From an uncultured Thermoprotei archaeon (GTDB taxonomy: Archaea > Thermoproteota > Thermoprotei > Thermofilales > B15-G2), in NCBI GenBank assembly GCA_965367815.1, contig CBDUKN010000006.1, positions 32,001-96,000 of the forward strand: a stretch of DNA of 64,000 nt. Reading direction: 5' to 3'. The translations under genes were made by a program, and so were the position numbers. Within the stretch, counting starts at the first letter, position 1. Each line of letters starts with the position of its first letter. Of the stretch, positions 30,443 to 38,704 are shown one piece after another. Below the pieces are notes generated by a model. The model was not told the DNA's origin. It ran no database searches and saw only the letters and a program-made list of their open reading frames with translations.

Positions 30443-31159
30443 ACCAATTTCACCTACAGTTAAACTGAAGTTAATCTATATAAACTTTTTCTATTAAAAT
30501 AGTTGTTTGCACTAACAATAATTTAAATTTATTTAGTTTATCTTCATTTCACAACTACTAAAATAACTCTATTTGTTTTTAGAATAGTTTAGCAATAACT
30601 ATATAGTTTTAGGCCTTAATTGAGCCAACTCTGCAGAAAATCCAGCGTCTTTTCTCCTAAACTCATCTAAAATTACTTTAGTCCTACCTTTACTGAAAAA
30701 TATATCCACCCAATTTCTTTCTTAAAAATTCTTTAGGCAGATTTAGCTTATTTCCTTTAGTCCTCAGAACATGTAGTACCTTTATCACAGCTTCTTTACT
30801 TAACTTTATGACAAATAATGAATAAAAATAGATTAAATTATTGTAGTGAATAACTTAATGGCTTACTTTAGCTATTATTACTAAAATACAATTACTTTCA
30901 TAAAGATTTTACTTTCATGTCGGAGAAACTTTATAGAAAAAGAATATCTAAGAAAATTCTGCTTTAAAATTTAATAGAAATTATCTTATATAAAAATAAA
31001 ACAAATAGTTAAGCATATACTGCAAGCTAGTTATATAACTTTGTTAAATACTAACACTAAAAATACATGTACTTGAAATCTTTTTACGTATTCTACAATA
31101 CAAGTACAGCATTTTGAGAAAATGAGTTAAGAATATATTTCATCACATGTATCTGAATT

Positions 31160-31405
31160 ATGTCTCAAGCTAGCATAATAAATTTATTATCTGAGCTAGA
31201 GAAATGGCTGCGAAATAAACTACACAATGTTAAATGCCCTGCATGCGGACACATAATAGTCTCAAATCATCCTCCTCAGTGGGTTAACGAGCATTTACCA
31301 CATATAACAGTAGGAGAAGAAGAAATTTCAGTAAGCTATAGATGCAAAAAGGGAGGCCTTATAGAAATCTGTAGACTTCCTAGAACAGTTGAAGAAAAAA
31401 TTTAG
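31160..31405 (+). CDS. Small Cys-containing (zinc-finger-like) protein
   Basis: CPACGH plus a later C..K; isolated ORF in AT-rich DNA. Confidence 0.6.
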   Translation: MSQASIINLLSELEKWLRNKLHNVKCPACGHIIVSNHPPQWVNEHLPHITVGEEEISVSYRCKKGGLIEICRLPRTVEEKI

Positions 31406-31741
31406 TGGAAATACTACAAGAATATTTGAATAGTTTAAGATAGTTTTATTTAGATAAATATATCACCTAGAATACTAGTTCTATCAATTTTACTTCAATA
31501 GCATCTCTGTTTCTGAGAAAACTGATGCTTAAAGGGCATCTGTATACTATATTCAGTAACTTTAAGGAATCAACATTACGTCGCATGTTGCTAAACTACC
31601 TAACTTTCTTCTATGATTTCATCGAAGAAAAATAGAGCTTATTGGCCATAGCAGTATTAAGCGGTAAATTATTTTGAAATAATGATTTTGAATTTATTTT
31701 ATTCAAGAAAACTATAAATTCTTGTATGTATCATTTGATGC

Positions 31742-32488
31742 GTGAAGATGCGTGAATTTGATTTAGCTAGAGTACTTAAATATCTTTATTCTGCACGGGA
31801 AGCTTGTTATGAAATACTATTACATGTTAAGGATGAGTCTACTACTTATGGTGAATTGAGAGAACCTTTAGAAAAAATAAGCCTTTATTTGAGCCCGCTC
31901 GAAGGATTACATAGAGTAGTAGACGAAATAATTAGTGAAGTACGAGACTATATTGAATTGTATAAGCTGAGAATTTTTGAGAAAGTTAGTCCCGAAGATA
32001 TGAAGCTCTTAGCAGAGTCTGCTAAAATATGGGAAGAGAAAGTAAGATTCCTGATAGATAATATAGATGCTATAATTGGCTCTAAACAAGTTTTCACGCC
32101 GCCGCAGCCTCCTGCTACCGTAACTAGGCCTGTTTCAGCAAGCCTCATATGTGAAGACACAGGTGAGAAAGTACGTATATCAGATTACTGTATTATTGGG
32201 AGAGACCCCTATACAAATAAGGTAACAGTGTATGATAGCAGAGGTAGAATTCTCTACCAGTTAAATAAAGTTGATAGATATGTCACTAGGTACAATCCCC
32301 GTATAGGCAAGTACGGCCATGCTATTTTACTCTATGAAGAAAACAAAGGGTGGCTTATTGAAGACGAGTACAGCACTAATGGAACCTATTTAAATGGAAA
32401 ACTTATACCGCCTAAAGCTAGAGTAAAGCTTAGAAACGGAGACATTATAGAAATAGGCTCAACAAAATTCAAGTTCATACTCTACTAA
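31742..32488 (+). CDS. FHA-domain protein with N-terminal helical bundle
   Basis: IIGRDP, TR...H, DEYSTNGTYLNG, LRNGDIIEIG; Pro-rich linker. Confidence 0.9.
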   Translation: MKMREFDLARVLKYLYSAREACYEILLHVKDESTTYGELREPLEKISLYLSPLEGLHRVVDEIISEVRDYIELYKLRIFEKVSPEDMKLLAESAKIWEEKVRFLIDNIDAIIGSKQVFTPPQPPATVTRPVSASLICEDTGEKVRISDYCIIGRDPYTNKVTVYDSRGRILYQLNKVDRYVTRYNPRIGKYGHAILLYEENKGWLIEDEYSTNGTYLNGKLIPPKARVKLRNGDIIEIGSTKFKFILY

Positions 32489-32577
32489 TCTATCTATTCA
32501 AATCTTTTAGAGTCACACAAATTTACCTTACTAAACTTATATGAAATCTCAAGTTTTAAACAAGTGCGGTAACTTAT

Positions 32578-33105
32578 TTACACATTGTTGCAGAAACTTT
32601 CAGTTGATTTAAGTTTTTTAAGTCTTTCTAGTTTTAGAGTTTTGTTTTGTAGCTCATTTTCTATTTTTTCTAGCTGTTTTAATAATTTATTTTTCTCTTC
32701 TCCCTTAGCTTTACTTAATTTATTTAGTAATATGCTTTTAAGCTGTTCTAATGTCTTAATATCTTCTTCAATTAGTTTTATTTCAGCTGAAATATAGGGC
32801 TTTACAGAAAACCGTATTTGAGAATATTTTGCCAATAATTTGGCTAGTTCTTGTTCAAGTTCCCTTCTAATAATTGTTTTATAGCTTGTAGGTGCTTGCT
32901 GAATTATTTCAGTTAATTTCTTACTTAGCGCTGTTTTCTCTTGAGGAGTTAATGTTTCTCCTTTAATTAGTTTGTTTACTGCTTCAGTTAACTGAGGATA
33001 TATTAGTTGCGCTAGTAGAGCGTAATAAAGTCCGCGGGCAGTTTCTACTCCTAGTGTTTGCACTATTGTCTTAGCTACTTTCATCCAGTCGATGTTTCCG
33101 CTCAT
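32578..33105 (-). CDS. Helical/coiled-coil protein A (paralog of 37557-38120)
   Basis: IDWMKVAKTIVQTLGVETARGLYYA N-terminus; C-terminal coiled coil. Confidence 0.8.
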   Translation of the reverse strand: MSGNIDWMKVAKTIVQTLGVETARGLYYALLAQLIYPQLTEAVNKLIKGETLTPQEKTALSKKLTEIIQQAPTSYKTIIRRELEQELAKLLAKYSQIRFSVKPYISAEIKLIEEDIKTLEQLKSILLNKLSKAKGEEKNKLLKQLEKIENELQNKTLKLERLKKLKSTESFCNNV

Positions 33106-33158
33106 ATTCTGTACCTCATACTTAATGTTTTCTTATAAGAGTTTGTTTCTATTTTAGT

Positions 33159-34808
33159 TTACTCTAGGTCTTTTAGTAGTTTTTCAGCTTCATCGAGCAG
33201 TTTCTGTACTTGTTCGAGTTGTTTTAAGTACTCTTCTCTGCTTATTTCTCCTTTCTCATATTTCTCTCTGAGCTCTCGGGCTTTTCTAGCAGATTCGAGT
33301 ATTAGAAGTCTCAGAGCCTTTCTTACTTCTTCTCTAGAGACTGTTTTCTTTTCTTTTACCCCTTTAAGTAGCTCAGATACAAGAGCTAAGACGACTGCGC
33401 TTGTGGCTGTAGTGAGTGCTGTTAATCCTATTGTTTTGAGTATTTCGTCTTTTGTTTCTTTTTCAATAGTCTTTCTTTTAGCTAAAGCAACTAAATGCTC
33501 TTTTTCCTCATCAAGGTACTTGAAGGCGTTTTCAATATTTATTAGGCCGTATCCTTGAGAATACTTATCGTAGCCTAAGTCGACAGCTGATTTTATGAGC
33601 ACTTCTTTTACTATAAAAGGTGTTTGTTTACCGTAGTCGAGCCCCCTTTCTTTCATGTACTGTAGTACTAGTGCGCATGCTCCAGCTACATGTGGTGTAG
33701 CCATGCTTGTTCCCTGTAGCGACAAATAGTGTGGTTCTACTAAGAGGTCTAAGTCTAGGTAATTTCTGAGGATTTCTGGATCTATTGTAGTTGAGCGCGC
33801 AGAGACTATTCCCTCGAACTTGTTTACTACTCTACCCTCTTCTTTCACCATGTAGCCTCCCGGAGCAACTACTTCAGGCTTCACTTCGCCTTTAGGTGAA
33901 GGCCCTCTACTGCTGTAGGGGGCTATTTTCTTGTGTTTGTCTACTGCGCCTACTGTTATAGCGTTACTTGCTATGCCGGGACACTCTATCGTGCCTTTGG
34001 CTGGACCAGAGTTTCCTGCTGCTACGCAGAATATTTTGCCGTATTTTTCTGTAATAGTGTCTACTGCCTCTACTAGCAGAGATTCGTAGTCTCCTGGGCC
34101 TCCTAGACTTAAATTGAATATGTCAGCTCCTTTGTCGAGAGCCCATTCTATAGCGGCTACTACGTCGTCTTCGTAGCCGTAGCCCTGTGTGTCGAGACAC
34201 TTAGCATTAATTACTGTAGAGTCTGGTGCTACACCTCGGTAAATGCTTCCTGCTCCAGCAGCTATGCCTGCTACATGCGTTCCGTGTCCGTTGTAGTCTA
34301 GCGGATCTTCCTCTGAAACAAAGCTTTCTGAAGCAGCTACTCTTCCCTTTAAGTCAGGGTGAGAAGAATCTACTCCTGTGTCTATTATCGCTATTGCTAC
34401 TCCTTTTCCGGTGAAGCCTGCTCGCCAAGCATAGTCGCCGGCAATCATTGGTACAGAAACGTTTAGGCAGGTTCTAACTCTATGTACTCTATGTACTTTA
34501 GTGAAAGGAACTTCGATTACTCCTTTAATAATGTCTAGTAGGTGTTTAGCTGGGAGCTCTGCGCTAAAAGCACTTACTGTTTTATAGATATGTCTAGGCT
34601 TCAAATTAAGTGTCTCTACTAAACTCTGCTTTACTCCTATTCCTTCGAGTATAGAAAAAGCTTTAGATAGATTCTTGAAAGCAGAATACAGAGCTTCAGG
34701 AGGCACTGTTTTAGTCCAGAAAACAGCGTTTATTGGCTCAAAGGGATTTCTTGAAACTACTTCGCTGAGAATTTTTTCAAGTCCTTTAGCTACAAACATT
34801 GCCTCCAC
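33159..34808 (-). CDS. Subtilisin-like S8 serine protease with C-terminal hydrophobic helix and helical hairpin
   Basis: Triad IIDTG, HGTHVAG, GTSMATPHVAG; AAGNSG; N-terminal propeptide without a signal peptide. Confidence 0.95.
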   Translation of the reverse strand: MEAMFVAKGLEKILSEVVSRNPFEPINAVFWTKTVPPEALYSAFKNLSKAFSILEGIGVKQSLVETLNLKPRHIYKTVSAFSAELPAKHLLDIIKGVIEVPFTKVHRVHRVRTCLNVSVPMIAGDYAWRAGFTGKGVAIAIIDTGVDSSHPDLKGRVAASESFVSEEDPLDYNGHGTHVAGIAAGAGSIYRGVAPDSTVINAKCLDTQGYGYEDDVVAAIEWALDKGADIFNLSLGGPGDYESLLVEAVDTITEKYGKIFCVAAGNSGPAKGTIECPGIASNAITVGAVDKHKKIAPYSSRGPSPKGEVKPEVVAPGGYMVKEEGRVVNKFEGIVSARSTTIDPEILRNYLDLDLLVEPHYLSLQGTSMATPHVAGACALVLQYMKERGLDYGKQTPFIVKEVLIKSAVDLGYDKYSQGYGLINIENAFKYLDEEKEHLVALAKRKTIEKETKDEILKTIGLTALTTATSAVVLALVSELLKGVKEKKTVSREEVRKALRLLILESARKARELREKYEKGEISREEYLKQLEQVQKLLDEAEKLLKDLE

Positions 34809-35103
34809 CTAAAGCTCGTACTCTGCCAACTAAAGACACTTTTATTACAGCGCTATGTGAAGCTATCTTAGGTATTAGCGAAACTCTAGTTTCCACCGAA
34901 ACAACGGGCTTGAATTTGTATCGATGGAGAACTCTACAGCCCAAATTCTCAAGAAAACTCAAGACAATTTCTTCGCATCCCTCAGCGCAGTATACGAATA
35001 CTTTTACTTCGCTATCTTTTTCCCCCTGTTTCCAAGACTCAAGTATCTGAATTAAACTGGAGTCGAGTTTCGATAAGTAGTCTTCAGACACCACAGTACT
35101 CAC
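34786..35103 (-). CDS. Stand-alone subtilisin propeptide/I9 inhibitor-like protein
   Basis: KLDSSL...VKVFV...LENLG.RVLHRY.....V.......I.KIA....V.KV....VRAL pattern typical of S8 prodomains. Confidence 0.7.
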   Translation of the reverse strand: MSTVVSEDYLSKLDSSLIQILESWKQGEKDSEVKVFVYCAEGCEEIVLSFLENLGCRVLHRYKFKPVVSVETRVSLIPKIASHSAVIKVSLVGRVRALGGGNVCS

Positions 35104-35198
35104 TAAGCATTGTAGTTAATATACTTCGCGATAGAATAGTTTAGTGCCAATAATTTGGGTAAATTACTTTAAGGAAAACGAGTCTTAATCAAACTCTA

Positions 35199-37361
35199 CT
35201 AAGTAAACATACGCGTTAATTCTTCTCTTATTTTCTCGTAGCGCTCTAGGTCTTCGGGCTTAAGACTAGGCTTAACTACTTTCATTGCTTTTTCAAAGTG
35301 CCTCATATGTACTTTAGTAGGTTTGCCTGCTTCTCTTAACGCTGTCATTGCTGCTTCTCGGCATAAGGCGGCTAAGTCGGCGCCGCTATATAATTCTGTT
35401 CGCTCGGCTATTTTCTTTAAGTCGACATCTTCTGCTAAAGGCATTCTCCTAGTATGTACTTTCAGTATTTCGTAGCGGGCTTCAAGGTCTGGTGGAGGAA
35501 CATATATTAGTCTGTCGAAGCGACCGGGCCTTAGGAGAGCTGGGTCTATTATGTCGAGGCGGTTAGTTGCCGCCAATACTACTATTCCCTCTAGTTTCTC
35601 TATTCCGTCCATTTCTGTTAAAAGCTGGTTAACTATTCTATCGGTGACGCCTGAGTCGAATCTAGTGCCTCTTCTAGGCGCTATAGCGTCTATTTCGTCG
35701 AAAAATATTATGCAGGGAGCTACTTGTCTGGCTCTAGCGAATATTTCTCTGACTGCTTTTTCGCTTTCACCTACCCACTTGCTTAGAATCTCGGGGCCTT
35801 TAACTGAAATAAAGTTTGCTCCGCTTTCTGTTGCAGCTGCTTTAGCCAATAGTGTTTTACCGCAGCCTGGCGGCCCGTAGAGTAGTACTCCTTTGGGAGG
35901 ATCTATGCCCATTTCCTTGAAGAACTCCGGGTGCTTAATAGGCCACTCGACAGCCTCTCTTACCATCTGCTTTGCTTCTTTAAGCCCGCCTATGTTCTCC
36001 CAGTGTACTTCAGGTACTTCGACGTATACTTCTCTCATAGCTGTAGGCTGAATATCTTTGAGTGCCTCCATGAAATCCCTTCGAGTGACTTCTATTTCCT
36101 CTAAAACTTCTGGAGGTATTTCGCCTTTACTGAAATTTATTTTAGGCAGAACTCTCCTTAGAGCATTCATTGCTGCTTCTCGACACAGTGCAGCAAGGTC
36201 TGCTCCCGTATATCCGTGAGTAAGTGCCGCAATTTCGTCGAGATCTACATCTTTTGCTAGAGGCATGTTTCTCGTATGTATAGCTAGTATTTCTCTACGC
36301 GCTTTTTTGTCAGGTACCGGAAAGAATATTTCTCGATCAAATCTACCAGGTCTCCTGAGCGCTGGATCTACATCATTTATTCTATTTGTAGTAGCTATCA
36401 CTACTACTTGTTCTGCTTCCTCAAGCCCGTCCATTAATGTCAATAGCTGAGCTACAATTCTTCTTTCAACTTCGCCTACTTCTTCTCTCTTAGGCGCTAT
36501 AGCATCTATTTCATCAATAAATATTATAGCAGGAGCGTTCTCTTTTGCTGCCTTAAATATTTCTCTGAGTCTAGCTTCGCTTTCACCATAGTACTTGCTT
36601 ACGATCTCCGGACCATTTATAGCTATAAAGTAGGCGCCAGACTCATTTGCCACAGCTTTAGCTAAAAGGGTTTTACCTGTTCCAGGCGGCCCGTAAAACA
36701 GTACACCTTTAGGCGGCTGTACACCGAGACGCTTAAATACTTCGGGGTATCTTAAGGGAAACTCCACCATTTCTCTTACTTTGCACTTTACTTCCTCCAA
36801 GCCTCCTATATCTTCGTAAGTGACTTTAGGTATAGTGAGCTCAAGTTGTTCCGGCTTCCTGCGGATAATGACTTCAGTTACATCACTTATCTGAACTACT
36901 CCTGGAGGAGCTGTGCTGACTACAATAAACTTAAGAGAAGTTCTAAGTAAGGGTACTTCAATAATACTTCCCCGACAAAGAGGTGTAGCTTTAAGCCTAG
37001 ATTTAACGTAGTCTACGAATTCTCTTGAAATATCTTCAAGAGACGCCTCAAGAGGCGCTAAAACAATTCTTTTAGCGCGATCTACTTTAACCGCTTTTCT
37101 AATTTTAATTACTTCACCTAAACTTATTTCAGCGCTTTTTCTCAGCAATGCATCTATTCTAATAATACCCTGCCCCCAGTCTTCAGGATAAGGCGACGCT
37201 ACAGTAGCTACAGTACTCTTTTTGCCTTCTATTTCAACAACATCTCCCACAGATAATCCAAGAAGACTCATTACTTTACCGTCTATCCTAGCAATGCTTT
37301 TGCCAACATCCCATGGTTTAGCCTCAGCAACCTTTAAAGTCACTTCACGAACTAAACTCAT
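35199..37361 (-). CDS. cdc48: CDC48/VAT (p97) AAA+ ATPase
   Basis: N domain; GPPGTGKT and GPPGCGKT; two DEID motifs; ALRRPGRFD and ALLRPGRFD. Confidence 0.97.
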   Translation of the reverse strand: MSLVREVTLKVAEAKPWDVGKSIARIDGKVMSLLGLSVGDVVEIEGKKSTVATVASPYPEDWGQGIIRIDALLRKSAEISLGEVIKIRKAVKVDRAKRIVLAPLEASLEDISREFVDYVKSRLKATPLCRGSIIEVPLLRTSLKFIVVSTAPPGVVQISDVTEVIIRRKPEQLELTIPKVTYEDIGGLEEVKCKVREMVEFPLRYPEVFKRLGVQPPKGVLFYGPPGTGKTLLAKAVANESGAYFIAINGPEIVSKYYGESEARLREIFKAAKENAPAIIFIDEIDAIAPKREEVGEVERRIVAQLLTLMDGLEEAEQVVVIATTNRINDVDPALRRPGRFDREIFFPVPDKKARREILAIHTRNMPLAKDVDLDEIAALTHGYTGADLAALCREAAMNALRRVLPKINFSKGEIPPEVLEEIEVTRRDFMEALKDIQPTAMREVYVEVPEVHWENIGGLKEAKQMVREAVEWPIKHPEFFKEMGIDPPKGVLLYGPPGCGKTLLAKAAATESGANFISVKGPEILSKWVGESEKAVREIFARARQVAPCIIFFDEIDAIAPRRGTRFDSGVTDRIVNQLLTEMDGIEKLEGIVVLAATNRLDIIDPALLRPGRFDRLIYVPPPDLEARYEILKVHTRRMPLAEDVDLKKIAERTELYSGADLAALCREAAMTALREAGKPTKVHMRHFEKAMKVVKPSLKPEDLERYEKIREELTRMFT

Positions 37362-37367
37362 TAATTA

Positions 37368-37389
37368 AATTAACTGTTAATAGTTAATT
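37368..37389. promoter_or_regulatory. Near-perfect palindrome AATTAACTGTTAATAGTTAATT just upstream of cdc48
   Basis: 20 of 22 positions symmetric; lies between the putative TATA box and the cdc48 start. Confidence 0.45.
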
Positions 37390-37556
37390 AGTTTTCTCAT
37401 AAAAAGATAGTACACAAAGTTCAATATACTTTCAGATACTTTAATGAAAAATATTTGTATAGAATAGTATTTTTAAAAGAAATCGATTAAAGAATAGCTC
37501 TTATTTCTTCACGCAAAATTTATTAGCATTTAGACTACATTTACTTACTGATAATT

Positions 37557-38120
37557 ATGAGTGAAGAAATTCCATGGGATAAAGTCGCAAAAGAAATCAT
37601 TAAAATTTTAGGCACAGAAAGCGCGAGAGGACTCTACTATGCTTTCATCTACCACTCGCTTTACCCTATGCTAGTTAACATAATTTCTCAAAAAGTCAGA
37701 GGAGGAAGTAGAGTAGATGAAAAAGAGCTTATCGAGGCTGTTAGACAGGAAGTAAGAAAACTTCAGCAGACAGTAGAACCTCAGCCCGTCCAGCCAGCTG
37801 TAAGTGAAGATGAGCTAGCTAAGAAAATAGCTCAGATACTAAGACAAATGACTATTACTGCACAGCAGCCTCAAGTAGCTCAAGTTCATACCATAGTTTC
37901 ACGGTCTTCTCAGCAGCCAGCAGCTCTACCTGAGCTAAAAATGATTGAAGGTGAGATCAAAGCTCTCGAAGAAGCTAGAATAGAGTTAAAGAAAATGGCT
38001 TTACTTGAATTCAATGAAGAAAAACTCAAGAAAATTAACGAGAGATTAACTCAAATAGAACAGCGTCTAAGAGAACTGTATGCTCAAAAAGCCTACTTGA
38101 CAGCTACCCAAAAGAAATAG
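37557..38120 (+). CDS. Helical/coiled-coil protein B (paralog of 32578-33105)
   Basis: IPWDKVAKEIIKILGTESARGLYYA N-terminus; Q/P linkers; C-terminal coiled coil. Confidence 0.8.
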   Translation: MSEEIPWDKVAKEIIKILGTESARGLYYAFIYHSLYPMLVNIISQKVRGGSRVDEKELIEAVRQEVRKLQQTVEPQPVQPAVSEDELAKKIAQILRQMTITAQQPQVAQVHTIVSRSSQQPAALPELKMIEGEIKALEEARIELKKMALLEFNEEKLKKINERLTQIEQRLRELYAQKAYLTATQKK

Positions 38121-38287
38121 CTAGAATTCTTAAGTAAAAGCCCGCACTAGAAGCTACTCAATTTTATTTAACTTAAGTGCTTGAGAGAAATATTAAGCTA
38201 ATAGCTGAAGTAAAGAGAAAGGATCTTTGGCTACTGGAAAAAGAATTTAAGTAAACTAAAGTATTCTTGAAATAGGGGGACGGTACT

Positions 38288-38695
38288 TTGAGTGAAAAGT
38301 GGGCTATTTTAGCTCCATTTATACTTGGCTTAATTCTCGGCAAGAAATCTCAAGTAGTTGAAGCTGAAGTTCCCCCTCGCATAGTGTATTTCCCTCTAGA
38401 AGAAAAAAGTGATACATTCAGTGAAATTTCTTTAGATGAGATAAAGAATCTACTAAAAGACATTGCTTCTAAAAGCGGATTAAAGCTTAATGAAAATGAT
38501 TTAGAGATATTAGCAAATAAAACTAAATATTACTTAGATTTATATAGAGAAAAAGCATACTGTTTGAAAATGATTAGAGACCTTTCTAAAGCATTTATGG
38601 AAAGACGAATATCTAGTTCTCTATACACTTCGCTTGTAAGAATATATAAACAAAGGCTCATTGAAATAGAATTGAAGTTAAGTAAGATCAGCTAA
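38288..38695 (+). CDS. Small N-terminally anchored protein with a steadiness-box-like hairpin
   Basis: WAILAPFILGLILGKK; LDLYRE...IRDLSKAFMERRIS..LY..LVR. Confidence 0.75.
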   Translation: MSEKWAILAPFILGLILGKKSQVVEAEVPPRIVYFPLEEKSDTFSEISLDEIKNLLKDIASKSGLKLNENDLEILANKTKYYLDLYREKAYCLKMIRDLSKAFMERRISSSLYTSLVRIYKQRLIEIELKLSKIS

Positions 38696-38704
38696 GGTGA
38701 AAAA

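Noticed and set aside
30600-30810. Minus-strand coding-like fragments in the AT-rich spacer
   Set aside because: Broken frames with no recognisable family; treated as unassignable debris
32578-38120. Calling the locus a canonical Cdv/ESCRT-III-Vps4 system
   Set aside because: The ATPase is a two-domain CDC48 without MIT, and A/B lack a recognisable Snf7 pattern; only component resemblances are claimed
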